From Planctomycetota bacterium (lineage in GTDB: Bacteria; Planctomycetota; Planctomycetia; Pirellulales; Lacipirellulaceae): a stretch of 64,000 bases of DNA. The stretch lies in NCBI GenBank assembly GCA_039190745.1, contig JBCCXZ010000001.1:1-64000 (forward strand). The letters are read 5' to 3'. Within the stretch, counting starts at the first letter, position 1. The number at the start of each line of letters is the position of its first letter. Below are positions 29,642 through 38,483 of the stretch, in pieces. A program made the position numbers and the translations under genes. Under the pieces are notes generated by a model, which saw only the letters and a program-made list of their open reading frames with translations, was not told the origin of the DNA and did not search any database.

Positions 29642-29872
29642 ATGCCTGACCACAAGCTTAAGAACGTCTTCGAAGCCATCCTGAAGTATGGGCACGACGA
29701 AGACTTTGCTCCCTCGATCGACCGCGGCTTCCGTGCGACGCAGGCCCCCGCGGGTTCGCGTGAGAAGCTCGATGTGCTTGCCGATCGTGTTCGGTCGGGC
29801 TACCCGCTCTGGCACGACGAAGACCGTGCGGATTACACGGGCCTGACGGGCGCCGTCCGCCCGCGCGATTGA
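29642..29872 (+). CDS. Small hypothetical protein (76 aa)
   Basis: ATG after a purine-rich RBS, GC3-rich codons, motif TQAPAGSREKLDVLADRV...PLWHDED; followed by a terminator. Confidence 0.8.
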   Translation: MPDHKLKNVFEAILKYGHDEDFAPSIDRGFRATQAPAGSREKLDVLADRVRSGYPLWHDEDRADYTGLTGAVRPRD

Positions 29873-29957
29873 GCCGCTGCCGCGATTTAGCTCAGGCGAT
29901 TGTGCCTGCCGGCGCCCTGCGGGGTTCGTGGTTTCCGGTAGAGTGACTCCAAAACGC

Positions 29958-29994
29958 AAAAAGGCCGCCCGCTATCCAGCGGGCGGCCTTTTTT
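29958..29994. terminator. Bidirectional rho-independent terminator
   Basis: aaaaaggccgcccgct-atcc-agcgggcggcctttttt between convergent genes. Confidence 0.92.
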
Positions 29995-30068
29995 GGCCTT
30001 TGTGGCTCGCACGCAGCGCGATTAGGTTGGGCCCTCGCCGCCCCGGTCGCGCGTTAGGCTGCGGATGC

Positions 30069-30287
30069 CTAAGCGATTTTCTCGAGTACGCCGGCCGGCT
30101 CTGCGGCGTTTTCGGACGCTGGCGCCGCGAGTGACTCGAAGCTCTCCAACTCATCTCTGAGGACAACAAGGTCTCTGGGCGCCTGGATGCCCAGGCGTAC
30201 TTTGTCGCCCGCGAGGCGGATGACGGTAATGACGATCGAGTCTCCCAGTCTGATTTTCTCTGCTTCTTTTCTGGACAGGACGAGCAC
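30069..30287 (-). CDS. csrA: Carbon storage regulator CsrA/RsmA family protein
   Basis: MLVLSRKEAEKIRLGDSIVITV...KVRLGIQAPRDLVVLRDEL; GTG start with GGAGG SD. Confidence 0.93.
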   Translation of the reverse strand: MLVLSRKEAEKIRLGDSIVITVIRLAGDKVRLGIQAPRDLVVLRDELESFESLAAPASENAAEPAGVLEKIA

Positions 30288-30290
30288 GTG

Positions 30291-30306
30291 AACACCTCCG
30301 TGTGTC
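30291..30306 (-). promoter_or_regulatory. Putative CsrA-binding hairpin occluding the csrA Shine-Dalgarno
   Basis: Minus strand GACAC-ACGGAG-GTGTT, 3 nt before the GTG start. Confidence 0.6.
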
Positions 30307-30323
30307 AGTCGTTCAGTATGATG

Positions 30324-30341
30324 ATCATATGTTCATATGAT
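30324..30341. promoter_or_regulatory. Palindrome ATCATATG-TT-CATATGAT upstream of csrA
   Basis: Perfect 8-bp AT-rich inverted repeat. Confidence 0.5.
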
Positions 30342-30647
30342 AAATGGATCCGTCCGCCTGACAACCTCTTTTGGTAGATTTGCCCCAGACCCCCTCTCGC
30401 CTCGATGACCAAGTGTGGTTTGCTGATCGAGCGATAGGGTTGAATGGGAAGAGTGGGTTGTTTTGGCGTAGTGTAAAGTATCGGCAAGATATGCGGTTTA
30501 CTTCACGCCTGACGCAGAGAAGTGCGGCGGGCAATGAATCGAGAGCGCACTTCGAAGGCTAATTTCACCTGCGGCTCGTTGACGGCTGCAGAAGTTGGCG
30601 GCTGCAGAAGGTAGTCGCTTCGCGTCGGGGCCACGACCTGGAATGGG

Positions 30648-31280
30648 TCAGTCCTTCGGGAAGATCCCGGCGCCGAACTGCTCTCCCCCGTCGAGCGGCG
30701 GGGCGTGGTCGTTGGCGGCCGAGTTATCGATGTGCGGCGGCCGGACGGGCGATCCCTGCGCGTCGTGGGCCCCGGAGCGGCCCTCGCGGTGCGGCGCCTG
30801 GCTGGCGTTCTTGTGCGGCGAATCGAAGCGCTTCTGCTGGTCCGGTTGCCCGGGGTGGTCGTAATCGCCGTCGAAATCGTCGTAGCGTGAGACGTAGCCC
30901 GGCTGCTTCGCTCGCTCGGTCTCCTCGTGGAACTCACGGATGACTTCTTCCTGGATCATCTCCCGGCAGGCGGAGTTGATCGGGTGTGCGATGTCGGCGT
31001 AGAGCTTCGCGCGGCCTTCGCTGTCTACGGGCAACCGGTTGGCGTTTTGGGCGACACCGCATTGGTTGCAGAATTTGGCCCGAAGGTGATTCTTGGTGCC
31101 GCAACGGGGGCAGTGCGAGGTGAGCTTTCGGCTCGGCATCGCCACGAAGGGGCCGTTGCCGCCTTCGATGATCTTGAGGTCGCGGACGACGAAGCAGTTG
31201 TCAAAGGTGATCGAGCAAAAGGCTTTGAGTCTCTCACCGGGCTCTTCCATGAGCTTGATCCTGACTTCGGTGATTCGCAC
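30648..31280 (-). CDS. spoVG: SpoVG family protein with inserted Zn-ribbon
   Basis: [41 protein letters not shown]...[15 protein letters not shown] 31280 after AGGAG. Confidence 0.9.
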   Translation of the reverse strand: MRITEVRIKLMEEPGERLKAFCSITFDNCFVVRDLKIIEGGNGPFVAMPSRKLTSHCPRCGTKNHLRAKFCNQCGVAQNANRLPVDSEGRAKLYADIAHPINSACREMIQEEVIREFHEETERAKQPGYVSRYDDFDGDYDHPGQPDQQKRFDSPHKNASQAPHREGRSGAHDAQGSPVRPPHIDNSAANDHAPPLDGGEQFGAGIFPKD

Positions 31281-31312
31281 AGCACTGTCTCCTGGAGCAG
31301 CCTGCCCAGCTG

Positions 31313-32254
31313 CTAACGAGTGGTCGTTACGAACGTGTTGTTGTTGTTTTCCGCTTTCATGATTCCCTCTATCGCTCGCGCGTGTGCGGCGTTCACCGCG
31401 AGGCCTACGCACGCCGAGCCGCTGCCCGTCATCCACTGTCCCACACAGCCGGCCCACGCGAGGCGATCGAGCGTGTCGCCGATGGAACGGACGAGCGCTG
31501 CCGCCGCGCCCTGCAGGCTGTTCACCGTACGCTCGGCGAATGCGCGGAGTCTGCCGGCACGCAGCGCATTGAGCAACCGACGTGTTCGCTCTTCGGCTTC
31601 AATGGGGTCGCCATTGCCGTTCTGCCGGGCCAATTCCGCGAAGGCATCTGCGGTGGGGACGCCCTCGTGTGGTTGGCTAACTACCAAGTGCAGTGCCGGA
31701 AGGCCTCCGATGGCACGCACCCGTTCTCCCCTGCCGGTGCAGACGGCGGGGCTGCCGGCGAGGAAGAAGGGGACGTCGCTTCCCAGGCGAGCCGCCAGTG
31801 TTGCGAGCCGCGGCTTGGTGAATCCCAAACCCCAGGCCTTGTTCAGCAGGAGAAGCGCGGCGGCGGCGTCGCTGCTGCCGCCCCCGAGGCCCGCTTGGGG
31901 CCGGGTGTGTTTCCAGAGGTCGATCCGCCCGTGGGCGACCACCCCGGCGGCGTCCGCCAAGAGACGGGCGGCCCGGGTAACTAAGTTGTCTTCCTCCACG
32001 CCGATCTCAGAAAAACCATCGTGGCAGGCAGCGGGCGGGTGGAGTCGGAATGAAAACTCCTGCTCTCCCCTATCGGTCGCCTTGGGGATCGCGGATACAG
32101 GCGTCCAACGCAAGCGATCACCCCAACTGAGCGGGGCCATCAGAGTGTGGAGCTCGTGAAACCCGTCTTCGCGTTTCCCCAGCACCTGCAGAGAGAGATT
32201 TACTTTTGCCGGGGCAAATCGGGTGAGCGGCTGATCAGAACGGCGAGGTCGCAT
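31313..32254 (-). CDS. ispE: 4-diphosphocytidyl-2-C-methyl-D-erythritol kinase
   Basis: [44 protein letters not shown]. Confidence 0.95.
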   Translation of the reverse strand: MRPRRSDQPLTRFAPAKVNLSLQVLGKREDGFHELHTLMAPLSWGDRLRWTPVSAIPKATDRGEQEFSFRLHPPAACHDGFSEIGVEEDNLVTRAARLLADAAGVVAHGRIDLWKHTRPQAGLGGGSSDAAAALLLLNKAWGLGFTKPRLATLAARLGSDVPFFLAGSPAVCTGRGERVRAIGGLPALHLVVSQPHEGVPTADAFAELARQNGNGDPIEAEERTRRLLNALRAGRLRAFAERTVNSLQGAAAALVRSIGDTLDRLAWAGCVGQWMTGSGSACVGLAVNAAHARAIEGIMKAENNNNTFVTTTR

Positions 32255-32618
32255 CAATGGCGCCCAGTTTCTTGGCTGGCCCGGACTTCTGACTTGTCCG
32301 TGTGTTCGGCTTGTTTGCCGGCGTCTCTCCTAAGCTGCTCACCACACGCTGATCGCTCGCTGCACTCGCGTCCGGGTGGTTCGTCGTTCGGGCATTCCGC
32401 GTCAGAAAGCGGCGACCAAAAGCGACGAAAACTCTCTGCCACGCTTGTGTTGCACAATATTGATGGCGTCTAATCTTAGCGCTTCCCTTGAAAAAGGTCA
32501 ACGGAATCTACGCATAGACACGCATCGCGATTGTCGTAACGTCTTGTTCTTGATTGGTGATACGGCTTGCGTGGAGTGAATTACCTACGGGTTACTGTGT
32601 GGAGGGGCAATCTAGGCG

Positions 32619-33584
32619 GTGGGATTTGTGGCAGACCTAAAGCAGTTCGCGCGGGGCGTGTTGATGGGGGGCGCGGACATCATCCCCGGCGTCTCCGGCG
32701 GGACCGTCGCGTTAGTCCTCGGCATCTACGCACGGCTGGTCTCGGCGGTGAGCCGGTTCGATTCAACGGCACTACGCCTGCTCTTCAGCCGCCAGTTCCG
32801 ATCGGCCGCCGAGCACGTGGACCTGCGGTTCTTGGCCGCTCTGGGGGCCGGTGTGCTCAGCGGCGTTGTATCGCTGGCGGCGACGATGCGCTACCTCCTC
32901 CAAGAGCATCGAGGCCCGACGATGGCGGTTTTCTTTGGGTTGATCCTCGCCTCGAGCTTAATGGTCGCCCGCCTGGTCCGCGCCGAATCGGCCGCTGACC
33001 GGATGCGTGCGGCGCTGTTGGGCGTGGCCGGTGCAGTGTTTGCCTACTGGGTCGTCGGTCTCGATCAGTTGCGTTTCTACGACCACCCGGCTTACTTCTT
33101 TGGGTGCGGCTCGATCGCCATCTGCGCGATGATCCTCCCCGGCATCAGCGGGGCGTACATCCTTTGGCTACTCGGCGCGTATGAAGCCGTGACGGGGCTC
33201 ATCGGGAAGGCACGCCACTTCTCGATGACCGGCGATGACCTTCTTGCCTTAGTGGCCTTTGCCTGCGGTTGCGCCGTGGGGTTGCTCGGCTTCAGCAAGG
33301 TGCTCCGGGTGCTTCTCGAACGGGCCTACTCGACGACGCTCGCCGTCCTGGGCGGCTTCATGGTCGGGTCGCTGCGTGGGTTGTGGCCGTTCCAAACGCT
33401 GCTCAATCCCGAAGAGACTGAGATGAAGCTGCGACGATACGAGCCGTTTATGCCTTCGTCGCTCGATCGTGAAGCGGCGTTCGCCTTCGGCTTGATGATC
33501 GTTGCGGCGGGGGCCCTGCTCTTGCTCGACCGCGTTGCAGGGCAGAGGCGAAAGGCCGGGGTGGATCCACCGGCTTCGACTTAG
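32619..33584 (+). CDS. DUF368 family membrane protein (undecaprenyl-phosphate recycling flippase family)
   Basis: Two motifs, MGGADIIPGVSGGTVA and AMILPGISGA; start 32619 or 32628. Confidence 0.9.
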   Translation: MGFVADLKQFARGVLMGGADIIPGVSGGTVALVLGIYARLVSAVSRFDSTALRLLFSRQFRSAAEHVDLRFLAALGAGVLSGVVSLAATMRYLLQEHRGPTMAVFFGLILASSLMVARLVRAESAADRMRAALLGVAGAVFAYWVVGLDQLRFYDHPAYFFGCGSIAICAMILPGISGAYILWLLGAYEAVTGLIGKARHFSMTGDDLLALVAFACGCAVGLLGFSKVLRVLLERAYSTTLAVLGGFMVGSLRGLWPFQTLLNPEETEMKLRRYEPFMPSSLDREAAFAFGLMIVAAGALLLLDRVAGQRRKAGVDPPAST

Positions 33585-33596
33585 TCGTAAGCATCT

Positions 33597-34205
33597 TTAG
33601 TCGGAAGCATCGAGCTGGGCGGCGATCTCCCGGATGCGGGCCTGGATTTCTTCCACGGCCCCCGAAGCGTCGATGACGTGCATCGTCTCGGGCGCGCGTC
33701 GGGCTTCGAGGAGAAACCCGTTGCGGACCTTTTGCCGGTAATCGGCGCCACGGCTCTCGATACGGTCGGGTTCCCGGCCGATCCGCGCGAGCGCCGCGTC
33801 TGGGTCCATGTCGAAGAGGAACGTGCAGTCGGGCCGCAGCCCCCCGGTGGCGGCTTGGCCGACGGCGCGCACCTGTTCGACATCGAGCCCGCCGGCGTGG
33901 CCCTGGTAGACGATGTTGGCGGTCACGAACCGATCGGAGACGATGGTTTCTCCACGGTCGAGCGCGGGCCGGATGACCTGCTCCACGAGCTGCGCGCGGG
34001 AGGCCATGTAGAGGAGCATCTCTGCATTGAGCCCGACCTGGGTCTCGTCGTGCAGCAGCAGGCTCCGGACCCGCTCGCCGAGTTCCGTTCCGCCGGGGTC
34101 ACGGCAGGTGACAACCGACTGGCCCCGCTCTGCGAGCCATTCACAGAAGAGCCGCAACTGGGTCGACTTGCCTGCGCCGTCGATTCCGTCGAAGCAGTAG
34201 AACAT
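33597..34205 (-). CDS. tmk: Thymidylate (dTMP) kinase
   Basis: DGIDGAGKSTQ, RDPGGT, SDRF, YQG. Confidence 0.96.
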   Translation of the reverse strand: MFYCFDGIDGAGKSTQLRLFCEWLAERGQSVVTCRDPGGTELGERVRSLLLHDETQVGLNAEMLLYMASRAQLVEQVIRPALDRGETIVSDRFVTANIVYQGHAGGLDVEQVRAVGQAATGGLRPDCTFLFDMDPDAALARIGREPDRIESRGADYRQKVRNGFLLEARRAPETMHVIDASGAVEEIQARIREIAAQLDASD

Positions 34206-34309
34206 CTTGCGGGGACCCTGGTGACGAAGGCCCAGATGCCGGGCGGCTTGCGGGCTGCTGTGGTTCTACAATGGCGGAGCGGTTGGCCCCAGGGGCCTGC
34301 CGACCAGAT

Positions 34310-35308
34310 TCAGGCCTCTTCTGCCGGAGCGTCAGCCTGCTCGTTGTAAAGCCGGTGCATGGCGGCGGCCCGGCCGGCTACGATCGCCCGGAGCCTCGCG
34401 GGGCGGATCACCTCGGCCTGGTCGCCGTAGCCGAGCAGCCACCAGGTGATCTCCGAGAGCCCCGACACTCGGCAGTGGAAGTCGATCGAGCCGTCTTGCC
34501 GCTGTTCGATCTCCTGCGTTTTGTGCCACACGACCTCGGCCACATTGCGGGCCACGAGCGGCTGGAAGCGTATCGTGACGTCGTAATCGCGTCCTTCGGA
34601 GGGGATCAGGTGCCACGCGTTGCCGAGGTAGCGGTCGACGCTGAACCCCCGCGGCATGGCGTACTTCTCTTTGAGTTTGGTGAGTCTCGTGATGCGGCTG
34701 ACGTTGAAGGTGCGGGGCTTGTCGTGCAGCGAGCTGCGGCCGATGACGTACCAGCTCCGTCGGCTGAAGATCAGCCGGTAGGGGCGGAGCTTGGTGGTAA
34801 TGACTTCGTATTCGGTGAAGCTGTCGTACTCCATACGCAGCACACGCCTCTCGGCGATGGCGTCGACGAGTTGCTCGTAGTGAGACTGCTGCTGGTCGAG
34901 CGGGTTGATCTGGTCGACGCGTACCTGGATAGCCCTGGTGAGCGTGCGGACTTCGTCGCGGAGGGCGCCGGGGAGGCTGCTCTCGAGTTTCAAAGCCGCG
35001 GCGCGGGCGGGTTCGAGGAACGGCAGCGGGTCGTTCGGCCCGAGTTTCCCCGCGAGCACCAGCAGAGAGAGCGCCTCGGCCGGGGTGAAGTTCGTCGAGG
35101 GCAGAAAGAAGCTCTCGGGGATCGAGTACCGGTCGTCGGCCTTATCGAAGTGCAGAGGGACTCCGGCTTCGCGGAGCGTTTCTAAGTCCCGGAAGATTGT
35201 GCGGCGACCCACGCCGCACGCGGCGGCGAGGCCGTCAGCGTTCTGCCCCTGGCCGGACTGCAGGGTCTGCAGCAGCTTCAGCAGGCGTGTGGTCCGCTTG
35301 AGGTTCAT
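34310..35308 (-). CDS. HTH-WYL-WCX transcriptional regulator (YafY/PafBC-like)
   Basis: RRTIFRDLETLREAGVP winged HTH; PYRL...WYVIG...RTFNVSRI; WLLGYGDQAEVIRPARLR; ATG 35308. Confidence 0.92.
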   Translation of the reverse strand: MNLKRTTRLLKLLQTLQSGQGQNADGLAAACGVGRRTIFRDLETLREAGVPLHFDKADDRYSIPESFFLPSTNFTPAEALSLLVLAGKLGPNDPLPFLEPARAAALKLESSLPGALRDEVRTLTRAIQVRVDQINPLDQQQSHYEQLVDAIAERRVLRMEYDSFTEYEVITTKLRPYRLIFSRRSWYVIGRSSLHDKPRTFNVSRITRLTKLKEKYAMPRGFSVDRYLGNAWHLIPSEGRDYDVTIRFQPLVARNVAEVVWHKTQEIEQRQDGSIDFHCRVSGLSEITWWLLGYGDQAEVIRPARLRAIVAGRAAAMHRLYNEQADAPAEEA

Positions 35309-37742
35309 AGGCGGCGGGCGGCTTCGGGCGGGTTCGTCGGATAGGCGGCATGCCGCGGGTGGTGGCGTCGATCCAGGCCTGGAGCTGCGGTTTGGTTGGT
35401 GAATGGAAACTCTTGGGATTGGCGGGTTGGTCGCTGGCCGGGTTCGTTGCCGATGGAGCCCTATCATGCACGCTGTCAGTCGCCGCGGCGAGTGAAACGG
35501 CCGCTTGGTTTTGCCCCGAGTCGGCTTGGGACCCGCCGGTTGCCGGCAGGGGCATGAGCTGAGTTTCCGATGCGGAGGAGGCGTCGCCCGGCTTGGTGAC
35601 CGGCGCCGCTTGGTCGGAGTTAGACTGCTGCGGCTCGGGGAGCGGGTCGACGCTCTCGCCTTCGGGGACGATGATCGGGCCCTCGCCGGCTTCGTTTGCC
35701 TCAACAGGCTCGGGTGTGCCGATGCTCTCGAAGCCTTGGTGCTGCGGGACGGGGCCGCGGCTGATGGCCCCGGGCAGGGTGAGGCCGTAGTTGATCCTGT
35801 GTTGAGCGTTCCGCTGACGGGCACGCCGCAAGGCGTCGAACTGCGCCTTGTTCGCCCAGGGCCCCTCGGAGAGGTAGACGCCGTTGTACTCCAGCAGCGA
35901 GCCCTTGCGGAAATGCGCCCGCATGATGGCCCGGTTGTAGTCGGCAAGCGACCGGTGGTAGGAAGACTCGGCCTCCGAGCGGCGGCGTTGGGCGTCGAGG
36001 AGTTGGTCGAGCGTCACGCGGCCCTGGCGGTACACGGCCTCGACGGCGTCCACTTCGTCCTGAGCAGCAACGAGGCGGTTGAAGAACGTCTGTGTCTGTC
36101 CGTAATTGAGGTCGATATCACGGATCGCGTCGCTGAGCTGGTGCGAGACTTCGAGTTCGAGGTCCTGCAGGACGGCCCGTTCTTTAGCGAGCAGCAGTTG
36201 CTGGTGCCGCACGCCGGCCAGTGCGCTGCGGAAGCCGATGGGCATGCTGAACTGCAGGCCGAGTTCCCACTCTTGGAAGTCGCCCTCGGTGAGGACGCTC
36301 CAGGCGTCGGAGCCGGGCTGGAAGATCTCGATGTTGTTCCGCGAGCTGTCGATCAACTGGTCGCCGGCTCCGAGCCAGCGGTAGCGGCCTGTCGCGTCCA
36401 AACGCGGCATGAGGTTGTTCTTCGCGGCGATCAGCTCGAGCTCTCGTCGCTTGATCTGCCACTTCTGTTGGCGGAGCTCCGGTCGGCGGGCCAGCGATTC
36501 GACGTGCACAGTCGACCAATCAAAGTCGACGCGGGCGACGGTCGGCTGGTCGCTCGGGCGGACGAGCCGGCCGTCCGAGGCGGGCAGCCCCATCATGTAG
36601 CGGAGGCGGTTCTCGACGCGGAAGAGGAACGTCAGCCGTTGCTCGACCTGCGCGCGGAAGAGGTAGTACTGCGATCGGGACTGGGCCTCGCGGTCGGCCT
36701 CGCCGCCGAGGCTGCCGACCCGTTGGAGGGCCTTCACCTTCCGCCAGGTTTCTAGTGCGCTGTCGCGGCCGACTTTCTGGGCTTCCAGGTCGCGGTACGC
36801 GAAGTAGAGCTCCCAGTAGGCGTCTTCGACGTCACGCATTAGGCTGATGACGCCGGTCTCGAACTGGGCCAGCGTGACGTCTTCTCGGATGCGTGCGATC
36901 ATGACGCCGTCGATTTGGTTCGGCGCGCCTGCGGCCTGCGAGGCGAACGACTGGGGGCCGGCGATGCGGTTGTATTGGGTGCCGGCGCCCTGCAACAACG
37001 GGCGGCTGAAGGCCGCCTCGAGGTTAGTGCCCCATTCACTGGGGGCGATGCGGCCGCCGTTGGTGTTGGCGTCGTAGTTGGTGTTGCCTCGGAACTCCCA
37101 AATCGTGCCGTCGGCGGTGTTCTTTGTGATGCCGAGGGTCGCGTTCGAGAGGTCCTGCTGGAACTCTGGGGCGAAGAGCGAGGCGCCGCCGCCGATGGGG
37201 ATGTCGAAGTTTTGCGGGCGGTCGTTCTTCTGCCAGACGATGCTGCTGTCGAGCACCGCGTCGAAGGCGGCGAGGGCGGCCTCGGCGCCGGTGCCGGAGA
37301 ATTGGTTGCCGTTGCCGACACCGTTGCCGCTGGCTACGAGCGACGGGTCGTAAGTGCTGACTACGCCGCCGGGGTTGTTGGAGATCGTCTCGGGGGTGGT
37401 TGAGGAGATGTTTGTCTGGTCCAGGATCCGCCCGCCGAGTTGCCGGATGACCTGGCTGTTGGCGAGCGTGATGCGGGTGACTTCTTCGAGGGTGAGGTCC
37501 CAGATGTCGAAGTCGTCTGCGTTGGCGATGGTCAGCGGCGACTGGGCGTGGGTCACCTCGTCGAGGGTGCGGACGTTGACGTTCGGGTACTCGATGTCCG
37601 AGGCGACGTCGACGTAGTGCTGCAGCCCGCCGCCGGCGTGCTCCTTCCCTGAGAAGAAGAAGGGCTGCTGCGGGTGGCAGCCGGTGGCAAAGACCACCGC
37701 TGCCATCGCGACCGAGATTGTCGACCTGTGCTGCCGATTCAT
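35235..37742 (-). CDS. TolC-family outer-membrane lipoprotein with disordered C-terminal tail
   Basis: Lipobox ATGC, PLLQGAG, DVEDAYWELY, MPRLD, LLDAQRRR; ATG 37742; overlaps the WYL gene start by 74 nt. Confidence 0.85.
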   Translation of the reverse strand: MNRQHRSTISVAMAAVVFATGCHPQQPFFFSGKEHAGGGLQHYVDVASDIEYPNVNVRTLDEVTHAQSPLTIANADDFDIWDLTLEEVTRITLANSQVIRQLGGRILDQTNISSTTPETISNNPGGVVSTYDPSLVASGNGVGNGNQFSGTGAEAALAAFDAVLDSSIVWQKNDRPQNFDIPIGGGASLFAPEFQQDLSNATLGITKNTADGTIWEFRGNTNYDANTNGGRIAPSEWGTNLEAAFSRPLLQGAGTQYNRIAGPQSFASQAAGAPNQIDGVMIARIREDVTLAQFETGVISLMRDVEDAYWELYFAYRDLEAQKVGRDSALETWRKVKALQRVGSLGGEADREAQSRSQYYLFRAQVEQRLTFLFRVENRLRYMMGLPASDGRLVRPSDQPTVARVDFDWSTVHVESLARRPELRQQKWQIKRRELELIAAKNNLMPRLDATGRYRWLGAGDQLIDSSRNNIEIFQPGSDAWSVLTEGDFQEWELGLQFSMPIGFRSALAGVRHQQLLLAKERAVLQDLELEVSHQLSDAIRDIDLNYGQTQTFFNRLVAAQDEVDAVEAVYRQGRVTLDQLLDAQRRRSEAESSYHRSLADYNRAIMRAHFRKGSLLEYNGVYLSEGPWANKAQFDALRRARQRNAQHRINYGLTLPGAISRGPVPQHQGFESIGTPEPVEANEAGEGPIIVPEGESVDPLPEPQQSNSDQAAPVTKPGDASSASETQLMPLPATGGSQADSGQNQAAVSLAAATDSVHDRAPSATNPASDQPANPKSFHSPTKPQLQAWIDATTRGMPPIRRTRPKPPAAYEPQADHTPAEAAADPAVRPGAER

Positions 37743-37988
37743 GTGCTGAGGCGTTCCTGGCTTTGGACCGGTCGCCGAGGGGGAGGCCGATCGGATGCAC
37801 TCGTTTGCCGGACGGCTACGCGGCCGCCTTGCCTTGCTGGCGCCTTTCGGGGGCGGCGCACAGGTACGGGCGCAGCCTCCGGAGGAAGATCCGGCACAAC
37901 TGTTATCGTCGACCCAACCCGCAAACTTTGACAAAGTTAGGGTTGTGCTGCGCGGGGCGAACTTCACCGGCCTGCTAGCGGCGGCGAG

Positions 37989-38474
37989 TTAGACGCCCGA
38001 GCCTTGAAAGACCGAGAGGCCCGGCCCGGTTTGGCCCGATTCGAACTCGGCCTCGCGGGCCTTGAGTTGGCCGGCGGCGATGTAGCGATCGAATTCAATC
38101 GCGATCGCTGCTTCGACCCTTTCGGCGAGCCAAGACAGCACTGCTGGCGGCAGCTCGCCGCAGGTGTTGCTGGTGAGGCGGGACTCGATGTCGACCGCGG
38201 CGGTCTTCCGGTCACCGGCGTCGGTTAGGACGGCCCCCTCGAACTCGAAGCGGAGCAGCCCCTCGACGTCGGAGTTGGCCGTGCGGAACACGCACCGGGC
38301 GTCGTAGAGAAAATAGGCGCGGCCCGCGTCGTGCTTCTCGACCATCCGCTTGAGATGCTCGATCCGCTTTCGGAAAGACTCGGAGGCGTCGAGCGGGACG
38401 TCCACTCGGCCGACCCGCTTCAGCGGCAGGCAGTCGAACTGGATCTCAACCACAGGGTCGTCGGTAGCGTCCAT
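37989..38474 (-). CDS. Hypothetical protein (161 aa)
   Basis: Intact ORF with operon-like spacing and typical codon usage (FDCLPL, EFDRYIAAG). Confidence 0.75.
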   Translation of the reverse strand: MDATDDPVVEIQFDCLPLKRVGRVDVPLDASESFRKRIEHLKRMVEKHDAGRAYFLYDARCVFRTANSDVEGLLRFEFEGAVLTDAGDRKTAAVDIESRLTSNTCGELPPAVLSWLAERVEAAIAIEFDRYIAAGQLKAREAEFESGQTGPGLSVFQGSGV

Positions 38475-38483
38475 TAAGGCAGT

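Noticed and set aside
34310..35947. 545-aa extended version of the WYL regulator
   Set aside because: The N-terminal 213 aa are an alternative frame of the TolC gene; the HTH begins right after ATG 35308.
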